The notes: generated by a model not told the origin, from the letters alone. 64,000 nt of DNA from an uncultured Candidatus Saccharibacteria bacterium (GCA_964390265.1 CAYMHI010000002.1:4254-68253); one strand, 5' to 3'. Shown: positions 8,962 through 18,965, numbered from the stretch's first letter. Numbers and translations are program-made.

Positions 8962-11900
8962 CTGTCACCGACCAGTGCCACGGCTCTGACTCTAAATTAA
9001 TTAGACCATAGTTAGCCGCGTTGGCTACTAACCAATTAAAACCCGGGCTTCCTCTGTCAATCGTATTACCACCTGTAGTAAAGTCAATAGCTAAACCTTT
9101 TTCGTGGTTAGATGTACCAGGTATTGCAGTAGGTACTCTACAGCTACTAGGTGAAGCAGTGAAAACATCTGGGCAGCCATTAGTAGTACGTAAACCAACT
9201 TGTTCTTCATACGATCTAAAACCACCGCCACCAAATAATATGCCAGCCGCCTGTGCGTCTTTTAGTAATTTATTAAGCTGACTTGCTAGTGATACGTTAA
9301 TATCTATTACTCCACCACCTGGTGCGGCAACATCACAAACCATTATCTTATTAGCAGGTACCTGACCTGGTCCATAAGTTTGGGCAACTCCGTTAACTAG
9401 GTTTGGGCCAGTACTAGTAGTTATGCCTGGTTCACTTGGGCAAGGGGTACCGCTTGTGTCGGCATCGGGGTCGGGTGCACCAATCGGGCCAGTTGGTCCG
9501 CTAGTGCCGCTATTAGCATAAATACTTGGGTTGTCGGCATCACTACTTAGGCTTGCCATTTGGTCTAATACTATATTGTAGTACACATACATACGGTACT
9601 TAACCGGTAAAGAATTAATATCTTTGGCGTCTTGTAGTATTTCTTTACAGTCATTAAATTTATTAAACTTACCCTCTGGATCATCGGTTCGTACTGCCGC
9701 AACGTTTCCGTTAGCATCTAATATTACACCCCTGTGCCACTCTGGGTGAAAGATAAACCATTGTACTGCATTAGCCCCGGGATACTTATCTCTAATACTA
9801 TCAGTTAATGTTCGATTACCAATTTCGCTCAAAGGCTTTGTTCTAATCTTAAAGTACTGGCTTGTAGGTATTTTTTGTTTAAAGCACGAATCATAATGTG
9901 TGAGTTTACGTTTTTCTGCCGGGCTACCATTAGCTTTTAGGTTTTCTATATAGGTAGCATTTTCTAGCATACTAATATTAAAATCACCCTGGGGTATGCC
10001 GGCCGTATCTATCTTGAGGTATTTGTCTCCGCTGGTATTGGCAGCAAAGGCCTTATTGTGCTGACCAAAGCTATAGTAAAGCGCTGAACTATGAATATTT
10101 GCGAGTGATTTTAATGGGTTAAGTAGTTGTTTAAACAATCCTGTTCCTGCTGTCATGGCGGTTTTGGGGGTAACGGTATTTTGATTAATAATACTTCGCG
10201 CCGATCGTATATTATCTAATGCAAACAGCCTATAGCCTACCCCCCTGTCCTTTTCTTCTTCTCTACGTAGGTTTTCAGAGTCGATAGCTACTTGATTGGC
10301 CTCGGTCTCCGTTAAAAACCTTCCACCTATTCTTAAAAAGTAATCATTCATTAATTGCCTAAACCCAGCGGCCTGACGATTATAATTATCTGGGCCAGAT
10401 TCTAAACCACTAACTGCAGTAACCGAGCCAGTTCTTACAAAAGAAGTAATAATCTCTTTGAGGCCAAAATCTGATGGGCTATTAAATACTCCCTCTGATT
10501 GAGCAACAATTTCTAGCTTGAGATCGCGATAGCCATCAGCCACCATTTTATTACCAGTATCAGCTAATGCATCGCCAAATATTCCACCCGGGGCGCTTAT
10601 AAAAACGCATCCATTTTTTAATTTCTGTATAGCCTCTGTGTCATATAAAGCAGTCTGTCTGGCGTTGTAAGACCTTGTAGAGGTGGCCTCTGGGTTTTGT
10701 TGTACTCCATTTAAGGAGTTATGTACGTCAATTGAGTATGCAGCACTACTAGCCCAATTATCTTGCTGAGCAATAGTAGAGTTGTTTTCTACATTGCTGA
10801 GTTGATCGGCCTTGCGGGTGTCGGCTAGAGTGGTAATTTTAATTGCGCCCCGTTCTGTACTAGCTAGTCTACTCTCTATCGCTTTTCTAGCGTTCTTAGC
10901 AGACTCCTCTTCTGTAGGGTCGTCACCTAAATCTAAAAATCCCATAATAAAAGGACAAAGTGTATTGGCTAAACCAGTGGTTACGACTCGCGATTGACCA
11001 TTATCTTTAGTGGGAATATTAATATAACTCTGTAATTGCATATCATAAGGACTTTTACCTGCGGCCATATCTTCATACATCTTGTTGATACCTGCAACCA
11101 AGTTAGACTTGTCGTCGCTGTAAGGTATTTGATCGTCTGGGTTGGCGGCGTTATATTCTCTTACGGCGTCTCTATAGCTATTTTGAATTATATCTATTTG
11201 GCCCTGATAATTAGAGAAATCAATTGAATCCTCTTTTTTTGGAGTTATACGGTTAAGAGTTTTATCATATACATACCTGTCTACCTCGGCTTTATTTCTT
11301 CTAAACTCCTCAGTATCTTTTTTGCTTGCATAATTGAGCCTAACGTCGGCTAACTGGTTAATTTCTCTAGTAACTGGCTGACGAGCCATCAAATTAAATA
11401 TTGGGTACTGTTGTTGAATGCAGTTTGTGGCTAGTATGTTATTGCTTAGATTGTCAATCTGAATTGTAGTGTCCGTCTTGGTGTTTACTACGTAATCTGG
11501 TACAAACCGTACTCTACCCTCACTATTAATTACTTGCTTTAGCTTGAGTTCATAGCCGCAACCTTTTTTATCAAGTGTTTGGTACTGAGCTTTCTTCCAA
11601 TCAATTTTTGAAAGACGCTCAAGGGTAGAGCCTGGCGGTATAGTTGTAGGTGCTGCAGCAATAGCAGTGTTGGGTCCGTGGTAATCTACCTCTCCAAGGC
11701 CAGGTAGAGCATCTATAGCATCTTTTAGAATATTTTTGCCAAAGGCCCTAGCGAGGTCATAGCCATAATCTCGCAATTTTTGATTAGTTAAGACTTTACC
11801 AATAATTTCGTCGGGGTTTTGCATGATATAAAAAAATGTAAATAGTGGTATAAGCGAAATAACCACAGTTACTAATAAAATTACCCCTACTCCGCGTATA

Positions 11901-12397
11901 CCCCCTGCTTTTTCAAAAGCAGTACCCGCACCTGGCGCTATAAATTTATTTAACCCCTCCTTAATTGCTAAATTAGCTGCTTGCTCGGCTTTACCGGCTT
12001 TGGCCTCGGTATTTTTTTCCATAGGGGTTTTAGGTACTTTTTTACCAGCCTTACCTCCAGCCCCACCATCAGACTTATCGGATAATTTTTTTAAAGCATC
12101 TAAAGTTTTGGATTGCTTAGGATCTTTTGCGGCTCCGCCCCCTGCAGCACTTTTAGCTAATTTATCGCCGGCACCACCTTTTACACCTAGTGGAGCAGAT
12201 TTTAAGTTATCCATGCTTGTTGGTAAATCTTTGGCTGGATTAAAAGCTGATTGCTTACCAGCTCCTCCACCCATTTCTTTACCGGCGCTACCCTTGTCTA
12301 GTGGGCTAACTGGCAAATTACCGTCACCCAAGCCCTCACTTTGGCCAGGCATGTTTTTCTTACTATTGCCTTCGCTTTTTTTGGGGTTATTATCCAT
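8954..12397 (-). CDS. large membrane-anchored surface protein with C-terminal M15 (VanY-like) zinc peptidase domain
   Basis: 1147 aa. Gly/Lys/Ala-rich low-complexity N-terminus and a single TM (GVGVILLVTVVISLIPLFTFFYIM). C-terminus carries SNHEKGLAIDF (SxHxxGxAxD) and EPWHW, hallmarks of LAS/VanY M15 peptidases. Confidence 0.6.
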   Translation of the reverse strand: MDNNPKKSEGNSKKNMPGQSEGLGDGNLPVSPLDKGSAGKEMGGGAGKQSAFNPAKDLPTSMDNLKSAPLGVKGGAGDKLAKSAAGGGAAKDPKQSKTLDALKKLSDKSDGGAGGKAGKKVPKTPMEKNTEAKAGKAEQAANLAIKEGLNKFIAPGAGTAFEKAGGIRGVGVILLVTVVISLIPLFTFFYIMQNPDEIIGKVLTNQKLRDYGYDLARAFGKNILKDAIDALPGLGEVDYHGPNTAIAAAPTTIPPGSTLERLSKIDWKKAQYQTLDKKGCGYELKLKQVINSEGRVRFVPDYVVNTKTDTTIQIDNLSNNILATNCIQQQYPIFNLMARQPVTREINQLADVRLNYASKKDTEEFRRNKAEVDRYVYDKTLNRITPKKEDSIDFSNYQGQIDIIQNSYRDAVREYNAANPDDQIPYSDDKSNLVAGINKMYEDMAAGKSPYDMQLQSYINIPTKDNGQSRVVTTGLANTLCPFIMGFLDLGDDPTEEESAKNARKAIESRLASTERGAIKITTLADTRKADQLSNVENNSTIAQQDNWASSAAYSIDVHNSLNGVQQNPEATSTRSYNARQTALYDTEAIQKLKNGCVFISAPGGIFGDALADTGNKMVADGYRDLKLEIVAQSEGVFNSPSDFGLKEIITSFVRTGSVTAVSGLESGPDNYNRQAAGFRQLMNDYFLRIGGRFLTETEANQVAIDSENLRREEEKDRGVGYRLFALDNIRSARSIINQNTVTPKTAMTAGTGLFKQLLNPLKSLANIHSSALYYSFGQHNKAFAANTSGDKYLKIDTAGIPQGDFNISMLENATYIENLKANGSPAEKRKLTHYDSCFKQKIPTSQYFKIRTKPLSEIGNRTLTDSIRDKYPGANAVQWFIFHPEWHRGVILDANGNVAAVRTDDPEGKFNKFNDCKEILQDAKDINSLPVKYRMYVYYNIVLDQMASLSSDADNPSIYANSGTSGPTGPIGAPDPDADTSGTPCPSEPGITTSTGPNLVNGVAQTYGPGQVPANKIMVCDVAAPGGGVIDINVSLASQLNKLLKDAQAAGILFGGGGFRSYEEQVGLRTTNGCPDVFTASPSSCRVPTAIPGTSNHEKGLAIDFTTGGNTIDRGSPGFNWLVANAANYGLINLESEPWHWSVTGG

Positions 12398-12511
12398 TTT
12401 ATATATTAAAACTCATTATATATTTGCAACAAAACTCTTATCCTTATATTCAACAATTATAGCATGTATTGACAGGCTATCTACTCAGACTAAACCATAA
12501 AATAATTAGGT

Positions 12512-14371
12512 CTAACCCGTCGCTTGTTCTACCGAAATATCTTGTCCATCGCCTACACTACTAACTGCCTTGCCGGCATCTATAAGGTCTTGAGGGTTAG
12601 TAGTGATTAGCTCTGTTTCGGTGGGACTAGCCAAAACATGCAGAATAATGTGACTAAGCCCAGCAAAGAACAGACCCTCACCTACCGGAAACTGACTAAG
12701 GCGTTTTTTCTCTTCACTAGTTAGTTTAAAAGTCTCAGCTACTACATCTACTGCAGCTGGGTTTTGTTTGAGTAATAGCTGTAGGCTTGAGTTATTTACA
12801 ATTGCTCTACCTAAGCGTGTACCTAAAAAGTCCTCTACATCTTGAGAGATGGTAGTTAAGCCCAAAAAGTACTTACGAGCGCGTTTAGCAATAGAGAACA
12901 TAAACATTGCTGAGTCTTGATACTGCATTAACTGCCAAGCCTCATCAATTATTAATATGCGCTTTTTCTTCTCAGACTTTACTCTGTTCCAGACATAGTT
13001 AAGGACTATATACATACCAATTGGTCGTAGCTCGTCTTCAAGGTCGCGAATATTAAACACCACAAATGGGTTATTAAGATTAACATTACTTTGTTGTGAG
13101 AATATACCAGAGAAAGTGCCTTCGGTAAATCGTCGCAACCTGGCAGCCAGTGCCGGGCCATTCCCACCCATTTGATTAAGGTTGTTGTATAAGTCAAGCA
13201 TCACGGGCGGCTCGGCCGTATGAGTTAGTGGATCGTTGGTAATGCCTTTTTGACCGTAGGTGTTAATAAGCGCAATGTCCAAATCTGACTCCTCGGTAGA
13301 GCTTAGCTCGCCCATCATTAGCCGCAGCAGACCATGAAGCATAATAATATTTGCTCGCAAGGCGTTATCGGCCTCATCAGAGTCTATAGCTGTGGGAATA
13401 TCAAAGGGGTTTACATGGCTATCGCTGGTAAGACTAAGCTGCAAAAAACTACCACCTACTGCGTCGCACAGTGTTCTGTATTCGTTTTCTGGGTCTATTA
13501 CTATTACCTCGGTGCCAAACATCAGCGAACGCAAGGCCTCTAGCTTAACGGCAAAAGATTTACCCGCACCAGACTTTGCAAACACCACCATATTGGCGTT
13601 TTCAAGACTAAACCTATCAAATAACACCAACCCGTTGTTGTGGCGATTAATGCCATAGAGTATACCCTCTTGGTTACTAAGATTGGCTGTAGTAAATGGG
13701 AAGGTGGTAGATATTGCACCGGTGTCCATATTTCGCTCTACCCCCAACAGGTCGGTGCCAAGCGGCAGCGTAGAGGTAAAGCCCTGCTCCATTTGAATAG
13801 TAGCTGGCTTGGTATAAATAAGGCTAGTGCCAAAGGTAGATTCTATTTTTTTAACTAGCTCATCGAGCTCTTCTAGGTTGCGCCCGTAGATTGTTACGTA
13901 TAAACCTAGTCTAAAAAATCGCTCCTCCCCCACCTGCAATTTGTCGCGCATTTCTTCGGCATCGCTTATTGAGGCCTCTAGTGCTGGGTCTCTTACCTTG
14001 CCTTTTTCGGCGTTAATTGAGTAACTTGCCTCAAGCTGAGTTACTTTCTTTTTGAGGTTTTTTAGAACTACCTGGCTTTCTACTGGCTCAATGTTGAGAC
14101 TAATATCTATAACCTCATCCATATTAATTATTGGGCTTAGCCAGCCGGTAAACAGACTGCGTGGGTAGGCGTAAACAAATAGGGTTCTGGCAAAGCGCGA
14201 ACCTATTCTTATAAAATTGGCCTCTACCTGAATGGAGCTAGGGGCAATCACATCGCGCAATGTCACCACTCCTTGGCGGTATACTTGTTGAGCCTTTTGT
14301 TCAGCACTCATGTTGGCCTGTTGCTGAGGTGTTAGCTTAGGTGCGGCAGGTTTTTTATTACCAAATATCAT
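12512..14371 (-). CDS. virB4: VirB4/TrbE/CagE-family T4SS ATPase (middle and ATPase domains)
   Basis: 619 aa; Walker A VVFAKSGAGKSF; Walker B ILIIDEAWQLM; DVIAPSSIQVEANFIRIG...LFVYAYP block typical of VirB4. Starts immediately after the TAA stop of the upstream ORF (14369-14374 = TAA then ATG on the minus strand). Confidence 0.85.
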   Translation of the reverse strand: MIFGNKKPAAPKLTPQQQANMSAEQKAQQVYRQGVVTLRDVIAPSSIQVEANFIRIGSRFARTLFVYAYPRSLFTGWLSPIINMDEVIDISLNIEPVESQVVLKNLKKKVTQLEASYSINAEKGKVRDPALEASISDAEEMRDKLQVGEERFFRLGLYVTIYGRNLEELDELVKKIESTFGTSLIYTKPATIQMEQGFTSTLPLGTDLLGVERNMDTGAISTTFPFTTANLSNQEGILYGINRHNNGLVLFDRFSLENANMVVFAKSGAGKSFAVKLEALRSLMFGTEVIVIDPENEYRTLCDAVGGSFLQLSLTSDSHVNPFDIPTAIDSDEADNALRANIIMLHGLLRLMMGELSSTEESDLDIALINTYGQKGITNDPLTHTAEPPVMLDLYNNLNQMGGNGPALAARLRRFTEGTFSGIFSQQSNVNLNNPFVVFNIRDLEDELRPIGMYIVLNYVWNRVKSEKKKRILIIDEAWQLMQYQDSAMFMFSIAKRARKYFLGLTTISQDVEDFLGTRLGRAIVNNSSLQLLLKQNPAAVDVVAETFKLTSEEKKRLSQFPVGEGLFFAGLSHIILHVLASPTETELITTNPQDLIDAGKAVSSVGDGQDISVEQATG

Positions 14372-15283
14372 TTATGATTTACCTCCTGTTGCTGTAGTCG
14401 ATTGAGCCGAACTTGCAGGTGGGTTATTTGGCGCCACTTGCTGCCCTGGGCTAGGTTGTGGTTGAGCTTGCATAGCCTGGCGGTTGGCGGCTGAGTAAAG
14501 ATCGTCGGGCGTAGGTTCTTTGGGTGTAGGTGGGTGCACTTGGGCTGGGCCGCCGGTGCGCGTAACTGCCGGAGTGCCTATATCATCAACACTCGTGAGG
14601 CTTTGGCTTTGGCTCTCAGCCACATTGTAAGAGTTGTAAAACAGCTCAATTATCTCTTGAGTATTGAGTATGGCCGAGCGTACACCTATTTGGGCCAAGC
14701 CTTGGGCTACTTGGTTGGTGCGCTGCATTAACTCGTTTTTGTGTTTCTCATAATCACCCATTGACTGAGTGGCCTCAGCCGACTCATTAGATGCCCCACG
14801 CAATTTAGTAAGAATATTGGCCTTAGCAATGCCGGCCATATAGTATGGCACCACTACGTAAAAACGTTTTTCCATAATATTTACTTCATCGAGCAAACTT
14901 TTAATGTTGTCTACATAATCGTCCATTAGTGTGGCAAGCAACGGGTTGGGCTGGTCGCTTTGAATTTTTTCTAGCTTGCCCAAGTAATCGTCTAGGTCAA
15001 TTTTACGAGACTGTATAACTATTTGAATAGGGTGATGTAAGCCATTCACAAAGCCCTGAAAACCAAACTCAATAGCGTCTTTTTCGTCTGGGCTTTTAAG
15101 ATCAAAGTTGGTAGGTGAGCAAATAATTACCATACGCAAGCTGCCATCGCGCATTATTACTACCCCATCTTTTATTTCAGAAAAAGGCAAATGACTCTGA
15201 GTGCTCATTTGCTTATTCTCTTGTTTTGGCGGTGGTGTAATTGAGTTTACGTATTCTTGCTGTTGGGGGGTAACTTGTGCCAT
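14372..15283 (-). CDS. VirB4 N-terminal-domain-like protein (upstream piece of an apparently split VirB4)
   Basis: 303 aa. LPFSEIKDGVVIMRDGSLRMVIICSPTNFDL...FQGFVNGL follows the VirB4 N-terminal pattern (lPYs..d.vi.tKdGsl..v.k..G..fe). C-terminal Pro/Gln-rich linker ends in TAA directly before the ATG of the ATPase ORF, in the same frame. Confidence 0.5.
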   Translation of the reverse strand: MAQVTPQQQEYVNSITPPPKQENKQMSTQSHLPFSEIKDGVVIMRDGSLRMVIICSPTNFDLKSPDEKDAIEFGFQGFVNGLHHPIQIVIQSRKIDLDDYLGKLEKIQSDQPNPLLATLMDDYVDNIKSLLDEVNIMEKRFYVVVPYYMAGIAKANILTKLRGASNESAEATQSMGDYEKHKNELMQRTNQVAQGLAQIGVRSAILNTQEIIELFYNSYNVAESQSQSLTSVDDIGTPAVTRTGGPAQVHPPTPKEPTPDDLYSAANRQAMQAQPQPSPGQQVAPNNPPASSAQSTTATGGKS

Positions 15284-15368
15284 ATAAAATATCTGCTATT
15301 TTTATTTTGCTTACGCTTTATTATAGCAGGTATAGTAATAGAATCTATAAGTTTGCAGTCTCTAAACT

Positions 15369-16199
15369 CTAACTACTTTGCTGCTTGAGCTGTACGCTGG
15401 CGCCAGGCTCAAGAGGCTGCGGTTGAGCCTGCTCGTTGGCTCTTAGCGCCACTTGCTTAATAGTTAGCCCTCCGCCCTGCATGGCTACTTGCGTAGCATT
15501 GGGGCTAGGGGCTGTTGAGGGCTGGGTAGAGCTGGGCTCTATTACGCTACCAGGCTTATTAATTGCCTGTTGTACTTGGTTGGCGGCTTTGTCGCGAGTG
15601 TTTTCTTTGGCGCTTTGCAGTAGCTCGCCCACGGCAGCCGCACGTTGGCTGTTTTCGTCGAGTACATCGTCTTTTTGGGTGGCCAATTGATCGGGGCCTT
15701 GGGCATCACCTTGGGCTTGCGGGCCTATTATACGCTGCGCATATATTGTGGCCTCGTTATCACCTTCGTGCAATTGAATAGTAGGATCTTTAAAATTACC
15801 TCTGGTATCTATTATATTAGCGAGCTGTTTGAGCTGGCCGGTGGTGACTGTTGAGGTTTTCTCGAGATTTTCTTTGGGTTTCTCGGGCTCTTTTACTATT
15901 ACGTCTTTTCTATCGTCTTTTATCCATATGCGTCGGCGCGGCACTATTAAAAATCTTATAAAGGCTACTACGTAGTCTTCAAACGGCACGCCCTCGCGCG
16001 AGCCAAAGCCCAGTAGTAAAAAAAACCCAGTAACCGGCAGGGCAAATATTACTGCCACTATTATAGAGAAGCTAAATATTCGCCACATCAAAAATCCCCA
16101 TAATAAACCAATTATTACGTATATAAATTGCTTTACCGAGAGTGGCCCCAGTATTTTGTCTTCGGTTTCTACATTTTGCGGTACTTTGTATTGACCCAT
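15369..16199 (-). CDS. VirB3/PrgI/ConD-like small membrane protein with disordered C-terminal extension
   Basis: 276 aa. Two N-terminal TM helices (FIYVIIGLLWGFLMW, FSFSIIVAVIFALPVTGFFLLLGF). Position immediately upstream of VirB4 matches Gram-positive systems (ConD-ConE). Confidence 0.4.
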   Translation of the reverse strand: MGQYKVPQNVETEDKILGPLSVKQFIYVIIGLLWGFLMWRIFSFSIIVAVIFALPVTGFFLLLGFGSREGVPFEDYVVAFIRFLIVPRRRIWIKDDRKDVIVKEPEKPKENLEKTSTVTTGQLKQLANIIDTRGNFKDPTIQLHEGDNEATIYAQRIIGPQAQGDAQGPDQLATQKDDVLDENSQRAAAVGELLQSAKENTRDKAANQVQQAINKPGSVIEPSSTQPSTAPSPNATQVAMQGGGLTIKQVALRANEQAQPQPLEPGASVQLKQQSS

Positions 16200-16253
16200 A
16201 GATAGTATTATAACAGTTATGTTTGTAATATTTTAGCTACTAGTTATAGGTGA

Positions 16254-18965
16254 CTAATTTTTTATTTTAACTAAGTGTATTGAGTTTGGGTTTGCTAAGT
16301 ACTCTTGGTAGGTAACCATTTGCAGCCCTAGAGAATTGTAGTCAACTCTATAGAACCCAAGCTTGTCGGTTAGTACAGATGTTGGGTGGGTAAGCAATAT
16401 ATCTTGCGCCATCACACCTACGTATTCTGTGTTGCTCCATAGGTACTTAAACTTATAAATTTTTATACCGTTTTCAAGATTATTTACCAACTTAACATTT
16501 CTTTTGAGTCTAATATCTGATCGCGGTACTGGAGCTGGTGTTGGAGGGGGTGCAGGTGGCTGATTAATGCCTTGAGTCGCAAGGTCGAAGTTTGCCCTAC
16601 CCTCGTATACTGCCCTAGCTCTTGCCACTGCAGCTTGAGGGGTTTCACCTGGTCGCGGTGTTGCAGTTTGTGGATCTTTTGCCGCGTGTCTCGCTGTGGC
16701 AGCTCTATGAACCTGTTGATAAGCTGCATATTCTCTTGTTGCTCCTGCAGGCAGAATACCAGCATCAATATCTGATTTAATAGCAGCAGGATCGCTATAC
16801 TGGTCGAGCATTGTGTTATGTAGATTGGTATATGCCCTTGCTTCTTTTACCTGCGCAGGTGTTGTTGGATCTAGTCTCCCCTGTCTCTCCATATCCCACG
16901 CTATAACAGATTCGGCATATGTTTTACCTCCAGCAGCTCTAGCTAAGGCATCGTATTTTTGCCTTTCTGAAGTGCTCATAGGGGCTTTACCATCTAATAT
17001 TGCAGCCCTAGCATCACGTTGTTTTTCGGCATGTCCTTTTTCAATAACACCTTTAGCAACGCCAGCTCTTAAAGTTGGCTTACCATCTCTTCCAGTTTCC
17101 CCTGAAATTCTCTGTTGCTCCTCAAGGTCCATAAGCCCAATATCTTTCTTTTGAGCTTCTTTTACAGAGTCCTCAAGCCTCAAGCCTTTCTGTTTAACAC
17201 CTCTCCCTGCCTTTGTGCCCTTAAGTAAACTAGATTCACTAGCTTTACCAAATCCTTTGGCTTTGAGCTCTGCCAATTTACCCTCCTGAGCACTTTTACT
17301 GACTGCTCCAGTAGCTGCTTTGCCAGCCCTAGTATCTTTGGCGTTGGCTATTGCTTTACTACCCGCCTCTTTGGCCTTGGCCATAATTGCTCCACTCATC
17401 TTGAGGGTTTTGGGTATCAATACAAGCACAATTATAGGTATTAATATTGATATGATTGAACCCATAAAATTGGCAAAACCTCCACTAGGCCCACCAGCGG
17501 TTAGGTCGCCCTCAGCAAACAAGAAAGAGAATACAGCACCCAGTACAAAAAGTAAGTTTACAAGTAAGAACATTATGCTTAGCTTAAGAAAGTACTGCCA
17601 CCATTTTTTAAAGAACTGTTCGGTGTTGGGTAGTACCCAGGCCGCAAAAGCTAGCGGAGCCGATAGTACCAGGCCAAGCAAGAATAGATAACGAGCCACT
17701 ATGTATATAAATGCTATTATCGCAACAACCAAGCCCACTAGCATTGTGAGATTGAATATTGCAAACTTACCCAAAGCCTCTAACATATCTCCACCATTTT
17801 TAATTCTATCTATCTGAGGCACGATAGTTTGCGAAAATGCCTCTGCGGGTGTAGAGCCGGTAACACCCGGAAACGCTCTAAGGATTTGATTAGGTAGCGC
17901 AATGGCCAATATATTGCCAAGGTCTAGCACTGCCTGGCATATCAGTAATGAAAACTGAGTAAGTATTATAGCTACTATTAGCTTAGGCAAAGCCTTTTTG
18001 ACCGTATAATTATCAAGACCAGGTATGGCTACAAAGTTAGCCAGTATAATAAAAAGAAATATTAGTATATAAAAAGAATTTGCTAAAGTAATCATACTGT
18101 TTACAGCATTTTTTAGGTTTTGGCTGTTAGTAAGATCGGGGTTCTCGAGTAACTTGGTAACAGCTGTAATCATCTTTGTTAGAGTGTCGGTTAAGAACTC
18201 GCTAATAGGACAGAGTACAAAACTAAGGGCGCTATCTAGATTGTCCTCGCATCCACCACTTGCCTCCAACAACTCAGCCTGCACCTCTTCTGTAAATGTA
18301 GTCGTATCTAAACCCTCACCATTAAAAGCACTTCCATCCTCCTTAACACAATTTCCAGGATTTGTAACTCCACACCTGTCGCCTGCCGGGTCTGTAAGTG
18401 CATCGTCTATATTACCAACAGCAAAAAGGTGATTAGGGTCTGAGTTGTCAGTTACAGCGCCAGTTGCATCAGATGCATATGCAAATTTTGCACTTTCTTG
18501 CGTTAAATTGAAGTGTAGACAGTTTCTAGATAACAATCCATTATTGTCTGGGTTACAAAATATTGGGTAGCCTGCATTTTGACTAAATTGAGGATTGTAA
18601 AAATAATCCCTACAAGTTGCATTTGGTGTAAGTGTTCCGCATATCAAGGTGGGATAAGTACTACCTATTTGTGAATTCCAGTCTGCTGCGTTTAGTAATG
18701 CCCCAACCGGTGTATTACTGACTATTCCACCTACCCGTGGTATGGCATTAGGATCTACTGTAAGAGTATCAAAAAAACCTAAAATAGAATTCATCAAACT
18801 ACCAACGGCATTTGGTCTTTTGCATTCAATATGCCCACTATCTTGCCATTGGCACAAAACCTCACTAGATAACGCTTGCGCCGGTTTGGCATTCAAAAAC
18901 AATCCGGCAAATACAAACACAAAAGCCAGCAAAGGTAATATTAAAAATCGGGAGAGTTTATTCAT
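16254..18965 (-). CDS. VirB6/TrbL-like polytopic membrane protein with N-terminal Cys-rich secreted domain and C-terminal peptidase S74 intramolecular-chaperone domain
   Basis: 903 aa. Signal peptide MNKLSRFLILPLLAFVFVFAGLFLNAKPAQA. Five to seven TM helices in the middle. Ala/Lys-rich region, then SDIRLKRNVKLV...IKIYKFKY...GVMAQDIL...YRVDYNSLGL matching the S74 consensus (SDxRLKxNI...GxIAQE...VDY). Confidence 0.6.
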   Translation of the reverse strand: MNKLSRFLILPLLAFVFVFAGLFLNAKPAQALSSEVLCQWQDSGHIECKRPNAVGSLMNSILGFFDTLTVDPNAIPRVGGIVSNTPVGALLNAADWNSQIGSTYPTLICGTLTPNATCRDYFYNPQFSQNAGYPIFCNPDNNGLLSRNCLHFNLTQESAKFAYASDATGAVTDNSDPNHLFAVGNIDDALTDPAGDRCGVTNPGNCVKEDGSAFNGEGLDTTTFTEEVQAELLEASGGCEDNLDSALSFVLCPISEFLTDTLTKMITAVTKLLENPDLTNSQNLKNAVNSMITLANSFYILIFLFIILANFVAIPGLDNYTVKKALPKLIVAIILTQFSLLICQAVLDLGNILAIALPNQILRAFPGVTGSTPAEAFSQTIVPQIDRIKNGGDMLEALGKFAIFNLTMLVGLVVAIIAFIYIVARYLFLLGLVLSAPLAFAAWVLPNTEQFFKKWWQYFLKLSIMFLLVNLLFVLGAVFSFLFAEGDLTAGGPSGGFANFMGSIISILIPIIVLVLIPKTLKMSGAIMAKAKEAGSKAIANAKDTRAGKAATGAVSKSAQEGKLAELKAKGFGKASESSLLKGTKAGRGVKQKGLRLEDSVKEAQKKDIGLMDLEEQQRISGETGRDGKPTLRAGVAKGVIEKGHAEKQRDARAAILDGKAPMSTSERQKYDALARAAGGKTYAESVIAWDMERQGRLDPTTPAQVKEARAYTNLHNTMLDQYSDPAAIKSDIDAGILPAGATREYAAYQQVHRAATARHAAKDPQTATPRPGETPQAAVARARAVYEGRANFDLATQGINQPPAPPPTPAPVPRSDIRLKRNVKLVNNLENGIKIYKFKYLWSNTEYVGVMAQDILLTHPTSVLTDKLGFYRVDYNSLGLQMVTYQEYLANPNSIHLVKIKN

